From assembly GCA_038496445.1 (NCBI GenBank), contig JALMLS010000253.1:1-64000 (forward strand): 64,000 nt of DNA, given 5' to 3'. Below, piece after piece: positions 1-11,250 of the stretch. Made by a program: the position numbers and the translations under genes. Position 1 is the stretch's first letter. Every line of letters begins with the position of its first letter. This stretch comes from Trichosphaerium sp. ATCC 40318 (taxonomy: Eukaryota > Protista > Tubulinea). The notes beneath the pieces are model-generated. The model was given only the letters and a program-made list of their open reading frames with translations, had not been told where the DNA came from and did no database searches.

Positions 1-414
1 TAAATGCCTTGATTTTGCCTTTTGATGCCAAATGTTAAGAATATGCATCATTTTTTAAGGCAATGCTAGTTGAGTTTCAGCCTTGCAAAAGATGTTGTCA
101 ATATATTATAGGCACATACTTATTTTAAGATGTATTTTAAGACCACATTTTTGATGATATTTTCAACATTTTCTGGTATATCATTGCATAGCAAAGTAAT
201 CTTAATTTGTTATTTTCAAGTTTTTATAAATACATACACATAATACCCTACATGGTGCAATGCAAACATTATTGACATACCATAACTTTATAAAAGAGTG
301 TATTTCCTTTGATGCACAAATTGGCAGATGTTTTAAACAAATATACATTGAAATGAGACTGTACTTTTCTTATTTTTTCTTAGTTAATTTTTTATACAAA
401 AGTTGCAACAAAAT

Positions 415-630
415 TAAATGTCAGCACGATTCGAGTTCGAAGTGAAAAAGCGTTTTTGTTTCAATTCTGATGTATGTTTAGATGATTCGCGGTTTACGTT
501 ATCCATGATGTACAAACGTACATCCATAGAGACATAAAAAGTCTCAATATTATGCTTAACAGACGGTATTGTCCGACTAGGTAAACAAACACGCTTTTTT
601 CACTTCGAACTCGAATCGTGCTGACATTTA
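415..630. repeat. ~215-bp element bounded by ~45-bp near-perfect inverted repeats (MITE-like or large hairpin)
   Basis: TAAATGTCAGCACGATTCGAGTTCGAAGTGAAAAAGCG at 415-452 is mirrored by CGCTTTTTTCACTTCGAACTCGAATCGTGCTGACATTTA ending at 630. Both ends are TA. Confidence 0.75.
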
Positions 631-949
631 GGGTTGCAGCTGACTTTGGTGTATCAACAAAATGTCCTCCTGCACTTATATGCACACTCGCATTGCTGGA
701 ACACGTTTGTATATGGCACCAGAGATTATTAAAACGGAGGGTTATGGGTGCAATGTACGTACTAATAAAGATTTGAACAAAAGAAAATAAAAAATCTAAT
801 TTTTAATGTTTAAGTTTCGATGCAAAAAAAAATTGTTGGAAATAATGTTAAAATGCAAGTCTATTCACCAATAAAGCAACATATGGTTTTGTGAAAAGGT
901 AAAAAATCACGATAAGTTGGAAAATGAAAAAAAAAATGAAGATTGCCAG

Positions 950-1359
950 GATTTCTGAATACAAATTAGTAAGGCCTTGCCTCAGCAGGTGTCGCACCCG
1001 AAAGCTTGAGCGTCTCCCTAGTTACAAAGTAAATGCCCTAAGACCCTGTTCGAGTTACCGTGGTTTACGGGGCCCCTGCGGGCGTTTGGTAAGACGTGCG
1101 CTTGTGCCATAGTGTAGCACCTTCGGGCCGAAGCCATTCAATTCGAAAAGGCGCAGCAACGACAATATCGCCGCGCGGCTCTTGGCGGCTGGGTTTCCGA
1201 CTTTAGAGGCCTTCAGCCGTACTCCCAATGGCGTGGCTTCGCGAACCGCCCTCTCGGACGTCCGCGGACACTAGAGGCCACCGATGCCCGTTCCTCTCGT
1301 ACTGAGGCATCGCTACCGACGACGCGCATGTTAATAAAATAGGCCCACCAGTAGGGTAA

Positions 1360-1403
<44 letters not shown>

Positions 1404-2120
1404 GTAAGTGGGTGAACAATCCAACCCTTGGAGCATTCTGCTACACCTGGATAGGAAGAGCCGACATCGAAGAATCAAAAAGTCGCGTCGCTCTGAGCGC
1501 TTGGCGACCACAAGCCAGTTATCCCTATGGTAATTTTTCTGTCACCCCAGTGTCAGGTTACATGACTAGTCACGAGGGATCTCTAGGCCTCCCGTTAGGG
1601 TGCAAGAGCGATGGCTCCACTCTTGCTCAAGGGGGCTTTTAGCCTTGGCCTCTACGTGGGGTTTCTGTCCCCACTGAGCTCCCCTTAGGTCATCCGTGTT
1701 ACCCTATAGCGGATGTGCCGCCCCAGCCAAACTCCCGGCCACGCGCTGTCCGCCTTAATGCTTGTCAAAGTCTCGGAATCGGAAGGTAGTCCGCACTTTC
1801 GATTGGGCCCGCCTCAACCTAAAGACCGACTTGTATGGTTCGAGCAGCGCCACGTCCTCCGAAGAGGCAGGCGCTTTCGCCCGTTTTGAATGCGTCTGGG
1901 GCCCGACCTCCGGAGTAGAAGTGTTACACCTTTCGTAAAAAACTACTTCCTACCCTATACCTCCAGTGCCAAGCCCCTAAGCGTGGTGAGAGTCAAACTC
2001 AACAGGGTCTTCTTTCCCCGCTGGTAGAAAAGTCGCCCGTTCGCGACTCTGTGGTTTCGCCACGGTCGGCGTAGGGACAGCGAGAACCTCATTCATCCAT
2101 TCATGCGCGTCATTAGTTAC

Positions 2121-2170
<50 letters not shown>

Positions 2171-4788
2171 AACCCGTGCTTGGGTGAAATTAAGCACCGC
2201 AACTTTCAAAGCACTGGGCAGGAGTCACCCTTTGTCAGACCTCAGAGGAGGTATCAAAGGGCTAAGTTTTAAGTAAACAGTTGGGTTCTCTAAGCTTCTG
2301 AGAGTTCCGCCATGATCCGCTTGTGGACCTCTTTGCAGGGACTGTGCGCCATTCCCGAAGGGGCTACACTGAAGTAGCGCAGACGCACGTCGTCCCGGGT
2401 CCCGGTCAGCAGAGCCAGCCCTTTTCCCGAAGTTACGGGCCGCGTATGCCGACTTCCCTTACGCCGTTTACACCGTGCAGCGCCAGAGGTGACTAACCTA
2501 GGGGACCTGATGCGGTTTTCGGTACGGTATGAGCCTGGAGGACACTGAACACCCGAAAGTGTCGGCTTCGGAGAGGAGCAGCCTCGTGAGAACGAGCTCA
2601 CCAACACCCCTAGAAAGCAAAAGTGCTTTCCCATTAGCTACCCTCGACTCTTTCCCTTCGCCGCTTTACGTGGCTCCGGGGAGTTTCCCTCGAATAGCTT
2701 AGGCGCGGGAGAAGGCCCCGCAGAAGTGTGGTTGCTCGCGTGCGCTCTCTCTCTCAGTGTTGCCACTTCTAAAGCAAATGCATCCTCCTTACCCATGCCC
2801 TGGATTACTCACCAGGTTGCCTTTCGCCGAGTTGAAAGCATCGCAGACTTCCACCAGTCTTCAAGACTTGTAAAGTTCATCGAACAAGTGTCGTCTGCCA
2901 GCATCAAACAGTATACTCTATTAGGAGCTGGCTTAGGACCGGCTAACTCGCAGCTGAATGCCATCACCGCGAAACCCTTCCCCACTTGGGCGACCTGGCT
3001 GTGATAAACACTGTTTCACCAGGCTCCAATTGCTACTACCACCAAGATCATCACTGCTGGTGGCTCCGGGTGGACGCCACCGCCCCCCTTCTACGCCACC
3101 AGCACGCCGTCCTACCGCACCCTGGGCCGAGCCGGGGCGATCGCGCAGCGGCGGCTAAGGCAGTTTAGCGCCATCCATTTTCGGCGCGTCCCAATTCGGC
3201 TGGTGAGAAGTTACTCACTCCTTAGAGGATGACGACTTCCATGTCCACCTTCCAGCTGTCTAAACTGGAACACCGCCTTCGTTGTCTTGGTTACTGCCTA
3301 TTCGGGCGCCTTTGCTGCTGCTCGCGTTTAAAACCGTCTCGTCAGTCCTGCTTATCAAGACCGGCCCAATAGGGGTCCACCGTCTCGGTGATCACAGCCA
3401 TTCGGCCTGTGATCGGTCGCCTCTTATGTGTTTGATAATAGGTCGATGGCAACTTTGGCCTCCGATACCTCTTTCCAGTGGCTCTACGAGACGAGACCGG
3501 CGTCACGGACCCCCTCTATCCTTAGGGATACTTCGAACGGTACCAGCTACGTTGGCAGCTCGTTTGGTCTCTCGCCCCTATACCCAATGTCCGGCGAGCG
3601 ATTTGCACGTCAGCAACGCTACGGGCGTCCAGCGGGATTTCTCCCGCCTTCCCCCTTTTCGGGTATAGATCGCTACCTTTCGGGTATCGCCCAACGTACT
3701 ATCGCCTGCCAAGAGAACAACGCCGGAGATGGCAAAGTGTATCTACTTCGGTATGACGTGTTTTTAATTACTTGCGTAACATAAAAACATGATAATAGCA
3801 TAGTCGGTTTTTTATGTCGATCTTTGCAAACTTATACATGTGAAATGTAATACGTTTGTTTTTTTTATAAAGAACTTGACGGCCTAGGAGCTTATCCTTG
3901 GCTTCATTTCTGTGCGGGTTGGAGGTTTGATCTCTCACCCTCGCACGCTCGGCGAACTCCTTGATCCGTGTTTCAAGACGGGATACACGGAGGCCATGGC
4001 CCAATAAGGGCATAGAGCCTCATTGAGGTTGTGGACGATGAATGACGAACTTCGTTCCTTTCGGAAGAAGACGTACATTCGGAGGTTTCAGTGATTTCAG
4101 TGAACCAACGCCATTTAAAGGTTTAAAAGTGCTTTTTGATGTCCTTTCAACCAAACCCACGTTTTTATGCTTTTCAGCTTGTAGGATGGTGTGGACAGCA
4201 CAGTTAGCCAGTATGACTTTTTTGTGTTGGTCACTTCGATTACCTTCCCCTCGACGTTTTGTTTCATTATAATCTTCCAGGGCACAAGGCCCCGGTCGCT
4301 TTTCCCTCGCTACAAGAGCGTCTGCCATGTGCAGATTAGGTGCAGGGCACCTACGTACTCCGTGCCATTTGTACCCTTGCCGGCTTCGGGTCTTTTAACC
4401 CTCTATCGAGGAGTGCTGTTTCAGTCTTCCCTCACGGTACTGGTGCGCTATCGGCCACCTCCCGATACTTAGCCTTGCCGGGTAACCTCCCGGTAACTTC
4501 GTATGGCACGGCCAAACCATACTACTCCTGGACGATGGGACTCTATTTCCTCGGTTGACAGCGTACGGGGCTCGCACCCTCTACGGCTACGACTCGTGCG
4601 TAATTCCCGTCAACGTCTGGAAGAGCCACCACGCCTTAGCCCACAACTCCGATGCTAGGCTCGGATTCAGGCTTGAGCTTGTCCCCTTTCGCTCGCCGCT
4701 ACTCAGGGAGTCCCTTTTGGTTTCCTTTCCTCTGCCCCAATGATATGCTTAACTTAGGCAGGTCGCCAAGTGTAACTCAGGACGCAAG
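950..4788 (-). rRNA. 28S (LSU) rRNA, highly divergent, with AT-rich inserts in D2/D3/D7-like regions
   Basis: Minus-strand conserved blocks: TTAAGCATATC (5' end), CCCGTCTTGAAACACGGA, GTAACTTCGGGAAAAGG, GTAACTATGACTCTCTTAAGGTAGCCAAATGCCTCGTC, CTTCGATGTCGGCTCTTCC, GGGTTTAGACCGTCGTGAGACAGGTTGG, and sarcin-ricin loop AGTACGAGAGGAAC. Ends are approximate. Confidence 0.95.
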
Positions 4789-4987
4789 TTGTGTTTTTTT
4801 AATGCTTTCAGTTCAGTATGTAAACCAACCTTCCCTCTAAAGCTTCGCTTAAGTAAGCTAGGCATGAGTTCTGGAGGAACGTCACTTCTGGCAATTTATT
4901 AATTAGTTGTGGCAACCACTTTCTTTTTTACAAGATTTAAGTGTGTACACCATACGCAGCACCAAATAAATTTAGTGTTTGTTTTGC

Positions 4988-5155
4988 TGGCGTCGCTGAG
5001 TCACGCTCCTTTGCCTGTGATTCGTGAGAATACAGAACGCGGCCTGAGGCATTCGGCAATGCCACCTTCAGATGAGAGCGATTCCGGTGGCTGGTTTCAT
5101 AGTGATCCATGGCCTTCTTCGGGGGAGGTGCCTAACCGTTCACCGACAAGGTTTG
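4988..5155 (-). rRNA. 5.8S rRNA (divergent)
   Basis: GC-rich ~165-nt block between SSU and LSU. Minus strand CGGTGAACGGTTAGGCAC..CGAAGAAGGCC resembles the 5.8S CGGTGGATCACTCGGCTC..GATGAAGAACGC pattern, and it ends ..CTCAGCGACG. Confidence 0.75.
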
Positions 5156-5392
5156 GTTTCTTTCGAAAATCTTGACGTTCTTTATAGTCGTGCCACGACT
5201 GTGTTTTGGTTTGCCAAAATGGCGGTTGTGGAGCTGGCAGATATACAAGATATCACCACAGCAGAGGATGATTACATCTTCACTTACCGAGGTAAGATCA
5301 GATTTACCAAACCAGAGCTGATACTCCAATTTTTTTCTTTTAAACTTGGTTAAAAGTTGGTTTAATTGCTTCTAAGGGTTTAATACCAATAG

Positions 5393-8044
5393 TATTGATC
5401 CTTCAGCAGGTTCACCTACTGAAACCTTGTTACGACTTCATCATCCTTTATGAGCGCAAGTTCGAGCAGGTTCGATAACCGGCAAGCCGGTCGTCCCCCC
5501 TGGTCTCACTCGCACCCACATCGGTCGATGCGACGGGCGGTGTGTACAAGCAACAGGGACAGATTCCAGGTGCGTTGATGACACACCTGTACGAGGCATT
5601 CCGCGTTCGTGGCTACAGTTACAGCAACCAGTCCCTAAGCACGCATGTGTCTTTTCGAAGAAGCAGCATTGAGCACGCTAACATCCAAATCGACCACACG
5701 GTGCGCTTTCATGTATTTTTTTATGAACATTGCAGAAACTTGCTTCATAATAAAGTTTGCCTTGGTAAAGATATAATCTTCCAAGTCAAAGCATTTAAGT
5801 GAAGAAGAAACCTTGTTTGTTAATTTGAAACGATCCACAGCTCTTTCAATGTTTACACTAAGGAACATAGTCCAAAGATGTAAGTTTTCATCTAACAGCG
5901 CTTCTCATCTTAACATTAAAGGAATTTAACTTCCTAAAAAGCCTCGACGAGGGGGTTAACTCTTTATATTAGGTTCAGGACAGACTTTGTTATGAAGGTG
6001 ATAGTTTCCGAAGGTGCGTTTAAGTGTAGTCGTATTTAGATAATTAAATCTGAGGTTTAACTCGCTGTCGTGAAGAAGTGTTCTGGCGGTTTCAGGGCTT
6101 GCCCGGATGCCTGTTCGGCCCAGGAACCCGTTGAACTAAGCAGTGTAGGCCGCGTGCGGCCCGGAATATCTGGGGGCATCCCGGATCTGTTATAGCCGCC
6201 GCTTCTTACGACTTTTCGCCGTCAGTCCTGCACAGGGGTCCCGCACGAGGCGGGGGAATCAATGTGACAGTAGCGATCTCGCCCGTTATCGGAATAAACC
6301 TGACAGATAAGTCCACGAGCCTAAAACGACCATGCACCACCGTTAGCTAACTCGGAAAAGACCCTTCAGTCTGTTCGTCCCCTTAGAGCGTCCGATCCCG
6401 GTAAGTTGTCGCGCGTTGAGTCAAATTGAGCCGCAGCCTCCAGAGCCTGGTGGTGTTGCTCCGTCAATGCCTTTAAGTTTCAGCCTTGCGACCATACTTC
6501 CCCCCTGGGCCCGATTACTTCGGTTTCCCGTGGGAACGGGCCCCGAGCCTTGGTTTGCCCGGCGCCCATTCAGTCGGCATCGTTTACTGTGGAGACTACA
6601 CGGGTCTCTAATCCGCTTCGCTCCCTCCACCATCGTTCTAGATCACCGGCCACGCCCTTGCAGAGCGCCTTCGCTTCGGGTAGTTTGGATCAGGTCAAAA
6701 GATTTCACTCCTCGCTGATACCACACTCTCTACCCCGTACGCACCTAGTAATCGTGTGTTCTTTATTAGTGTGAAGACTAACTCAAGTTTTTCCTCAAAG
6801 TACTTTTGTAATTCACAATGTTTTTATTCCCTTAATGAAGAACATGAGTTTTCACTCAGACTTGCATATCAGGATATTGTTCATACTTAGTTAAAATGAG
6901 ACTTGAGCGTCGCACTTGGTAAAGTGTTGTTTTTTTGTTTTTTTAAAGCCCAATTCCAGGATGCTGGTGGGTGGCATAGCGGCCGAAGCCTAAACTGACC
7001 TTGCGTTTGAGCGAAGCCATTTATGCCTGGTCGGGCGATGAAAAAGAGTCGGGGGGTTATGTCAAGGAGTAAACTCCTATCTAAACCTTGTCCCTCTCAG
7101 CTGTGTCGTTGTTTGGACTGCGAGCGCTTTAACAGCAACAGCAAAAGTATAAGCTTTCGGAGTGGGTGTTACCGCGGGTGCTGGCACCCAACTTGTCCTC
7201 CAATAGTTTCTCAGGGCGACATTCAGTTGCCCCTCATTGCGACGACCGGTTTAAATGCCGGCCTCGTTACACTCAGTCGCTGGCTCGATTTGCAATCAAT
7301 GGCCAAGTTACGCGCCTGCTGTTACCCGTAAGTACAGGGGCCGTATCTAATGCCCCTTCTCCGGGAACCGAACCCTAGTTCCCCGTTACCCGTCACTGCC
7401 GCGGTAGGCCGTTACCCTACCGCCTGGCTGATAGGTCGGCCGCCCTTCCGACTCGTGGAGGGGGAGAACTCTCAACTTTATATCGATATGATCTTTTTTA
7501 TGAAAAAGCACATTCAGCGAAGGATCGAGATTTGAACAATGTTCATTTTTCTTTCACCTAGTTTCACTTATGTAAACTTTAACAATTTTTTTTAGAAACA
7601 TGTCTAGTCAGAGAGAACTCCTCATAACTCCATCGCATGCCCCAACGCCGCTCTTCCCGACGGAGTACGGACGCCGCTTCCTAAGGGGAGGCTGCTTCCC
7701 TTGGCGAACCAAGATGGGATCGGGTGATCGTCCGCTCCTGAGCGTTGGATGCGACCGATGGGTCCTTGCAGCAGAGGGGCCCATCGGCAGCGCTAGGCGC
7801 ATTACGTATTAGCCGCAGGTTTCCTTTAATCCCGGTTATCCGCGGGGGAGGCCACGAGTTTTGGTTATAGTGCGTTTAGGAAACGAGTTCCTTTGTGCAA
7901 AATGACGTGACCATTATTAGTCTTGTCGGGTGGGTTACGACCGTTTTAAGGAGCCGTTTGCGGCTCCGAGGATACCTCTTTGCTGAGCTTGCATGGCTTA
8001 ATCCTTCGAGAAAGCTTATCACTCCTGGCAGGCTCAACCAGGTA
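5393..8044 (-). rRNA. 18S (SSU) rRNA, ~2650 nt, enlarged by AT-rich inserts in V2, V4 and V8
   Basis: Starts TACCTGGTTGAGCCTGCCAG and contains GATTAAGCCATGCA, GTGCCAGCACCCGCGGTAA, AAACTTAAAGGCATTGACGG, GTGGTGCATGGTCGTT and TTGTACACACCGCCCGTC. Ends GTAGGTGAACCTGCTGAAGGATCA. Confidence 0.97.
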
Positions 8045-8774
8045 CCTTTTGCATCAGAGTTTTAAAGCAGATAGCTGCATTTAAAATAATTTCTCATCAG
8101 ACCAAAGGTGGTTGAGGTTTTTAGGTGGTTTTTTGAAGAATGAACTTCATAAGAAACCATTCAATCTATAATCCTATTCTCTTTCAAGGAGGATATCTAT
8201 AGATGAAGGTCTTTTTGATGAACATCACAAATACCTGGTGCCGGACAACATCAGCCTTTCTTGTTGGAGAAGAAGCTGATGTGTCTTGGTTATGGTTTTT
8301 ATGGCAAGAGATGCTCATAGAGCACATTGCCACAACAGCATAGGGTTGTGTCTTTTTATGGACTACTTTTCTTGATGAGTCATGCCTATTTTTTTTACCG
8401 AGTAGCCCTTGAGGCATCGTCGGTAATAGCTTGCAACTGCATCATTTTTCATACACTCTTTTTTTTTTGATTTTGTTTACTAATCAAGTACTTGGACTGT
8501 GCCTTTCCTTGTTGAGTCTTCAAGTTGTAGCAACTTGGCTACACTTGTTGTGTTGATGTACTTGGCTTGTGTGCCTTTCCGTCAATTTGCCTTTCACATT
8601 TCTGCTTCAGGCTCACATCTATTATTACCCAAGTACTTGATACTTTGTCTTTCCATTGGGTTGTTTTGGATGTGATACAGCTTTTGTGGATTGATTGGAG
8701 CACTTTGACTCCTTTCCTCCACCTAAGCATGTGACTTTGCACATACTTAGAGCTGTATTATTGTATGACTCTGA

Positions 8775-9530
8775 ACTCGATTAGCATTTCTACACCTTTT
8801 TTTCTTTTTTTAAGGTGTTCTAATGCTAGAAGAGAACATGTGTGTGTTCATACATAGGCAGTTGTTGCCCACTAAGGGCTTCAACTTGCTTTTTGTGCTC
8901 CTGGTTATGTGACTTGCACATACTAGGAAAACTGTGTGCCACTCGATTAGCATTTCTACACCTTTCAGTAAAGTGTTCTAATGCTAGAAGAGAGAGCTAA
9001 GTTTGTTACATGACTCGATTAGCATTTCTACACTTCAAATGAGTGTTCTAATGCTAGAAGAGCGCATGTGTTTGTACACAAGTAGTTGTTGCCCACTAAG
9101 GGCTTCAACTCATGTTTTTTTTGTACTGACTTGTTTTGCCCACTTAGGGCTACAAACTCAATTCAACATGCTTTAACGACAATAACTCGATCGACATCTC
9201 TTTATCAATCTGTCATTTAATGACAGAGATAAGATGAAGGAGGAGTACAATGTCTAGCTTTTTGTACAATACATACATTGGGTCCACTCAGGGACTACTA
9301 TGATGATTGTGTAGCTAGTGTATTCTAATGATACAAAAAGTAACTCGATTAACATATTTTACATATGAAACAAGAGCACTTTTGTAGTCACTAACAACAT
9401 CATCACTATTGTGTAGTGGGAGTGTTGTTGTGTCATTGAGAGTACAGGTTTCGTTGTCTCATGATCCAAAAGGGAACTCGATTAACATTTCTACGCTCCG
9501 TACAAAACGCGCGTTATAATGATAGAAGAG
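8775..9530. repeat. Array of two interspersed hairpin-type repeats in the rDNA 5'ETS/IGS
   Basis: Type A, ACTCGATTAGCATTTCTACAC..GTGTTCTAATGCTAGAAGAG, at 8775, 8941, 9013 and 9476, with diverged copies at 9185 and 9343. Type B, GTTGTTGCCCACTAAGGGCTTCAACT, at 8861 and 9085, with variants at ~9131 and ~9281. Confidence 0.85.
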
Positions 9531-11250
9531 AACCTTCCTTTCTTGCTAGAGTGGAACACAGTATTAGAGCTGCAATACCACATACACACACAACATAATA
9601 CATAAACCAACGGGCATCGTCATCGATGGATATACTAAGAGACGAGCTGAACTCGCCCTTTTCTATCACATAATAAAGCTAGAGTAGCCATACTTGGTGG
9701 TTTTGTGTGTGTATGTAATGTGTGTATGGATAAATACAACTTACATGCGTGTGTCCACTTCCAGTGGTCGGAAGAAAAAGGATCGATAGTAAAGAGGACT
9801 TACAGCCATGTGCTCTAAAAAAAACGCTCGAAAACACATTAGAACATTGTTGGTGTTCCAAGTATTATTTTTGTTTCCTTGCGATAGAAGAATACAGGCT
9901 ACCCTCGTTCACTATGTTTGATGAAATGTGTTTTGTTTCTGTAGTTACAGAAGACGCAACATTATTATCACCTCGGACGAAACAGGTTTCGCGGAGCCAG
10001 AAGTCGATTACCACTGCCCTATGCTATGTTTTTTACGCATTTTTCATAGGGGCGCTTACGTGGTAGAAGAACAACAGCATCCTAGGTCCTCGCGCTTTAC
10101 CGTCACACCCTTTGTTTTGATCATCATTCCAAAGAAGTTTTTTTTTCTTTGGAATGATGATCCAGAGGCGTGATGGCACAGTCACCGTAAATGTGCTGCA
10201 CGATGGACGGACCCATCTTCATCGTGCACTCCCTTGTGGGCTTGTTCATCGGGTAACAACAAAAGGGCTTGCGGACGTCGCGTTTTTTTTTGCATTTTCT
10301 TCAAATGCATTTTTTTTCGCGTTCGACCGATTCTCTCTTTTTTTTTTTGTTTTGTTTTCTCGATTGTGCCAAAGGGAAAGAGATGCGATTTCTGCAGGCG
10401 CGCACTACTCATCTTTTTTTCTCGCCCTTCTGAGCAGGCAATATCGCCTTGCGTTTCAGGGGTAGTTGATTTTCGGTTTGTGCCTCATAGTCTTTTCTCC
10501 ATTTACGCCGCCATTAGGCTACACGGTTGTAAGACTGACGCCCTTTCCTGAAAATATCCAGTTTTCGAGCCCTTCTGAACCTTCACACTTATTTGTGGCT
10601 CGTGTAGGGCCGCTTGTAGGGTCTGTTTTGTCCGAAACCTTTTTTTCGATTTAAATTAGGCACTGTTTCTCACTTCTACGACACTAGTCGCAGGTACAAG
10701 AAGAAAGAGATGCTTGAAACGCGGTCCTTATACATCGCAGGCGCTACTAAAACACTATTGACGCGATTTATTGACTGTTATGGATAACGATGTAAAAAAT
10801 AACAAAAACTTTGTAATTTAACGCGAAAAGTGTTACGAAAATGTTCTACTGGAGGTATACGGTTGTTTATTGGCTACAAGGTCATTCGTGTCGACAGCGA
10901 ATAGTCTTGACTTGCCTTCAATACACGTGATGGATTGTCGCTGCCACGCTGTACTGGAAATATCCATAAAATAGCGCACGTTTTTATCCAGATATTTTTT
11001 TTTATTATTTTGCCAGTTTTCAAAACAAACGTGGCACAGAGATTTAAACCGTTAGTTTATTAGTATCAATCATACATAAGAAATTGTAAGCGTATTGACG
11101 AGCGCAGCCGGGATGCGGCTGTGACATTCTCTTGCCATTGAAAAGAAAAAAAAATTTACACTCCATTTCTGTTTATCAGTTCCTCGCGCCACGTGGTTCG
11201 CATGGCACAGCGTGAACCGCCAAAGAGTGGGTGGATTAGCATGTCAGTTT

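Noticed and set aside
5645-6085. Group I or spliceosomal intron in SSU
   Set aside because: It lies in a variable region rather than a conserved insertion site. There is no recognisable P/Q/R/S core and there are no GT-AG ends.
7464-7624. GAGAACTC direct repeats flanking the V2 insert as a target-site duplication
   Set aside because: The flanks are better explained as the two strands of one rRNA helix.
924-7812. Many 60-130 aa ORFs in the track overlapping the rRNA cores
   Set aside because: These are chance frames in GC-rich rRNA. Only frames confined to the AT-rich inserts were kept, as low-confidence findings.
8184-8742. ORFs in the 5' ETS
   Set aside because: They have no recognisable motifs or splice structure and lie within the rDNA spacer.
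8775-9530. CRISPR array or known ribozyme (hammerhead, twister, hairpin)
   Set aside because: Spacing is irregular, the context is eukaryotic rDNA, there are no cas genes, and the catalytic consensus cores are absent.
1-10700. 5S rRNA or tRNA genes in the rDNA spacers
   Set aside because: No cloverleaf or 5S internal-promoter pattern is seen. GTTCGAA at ~435 is only part of the inverted repeat.
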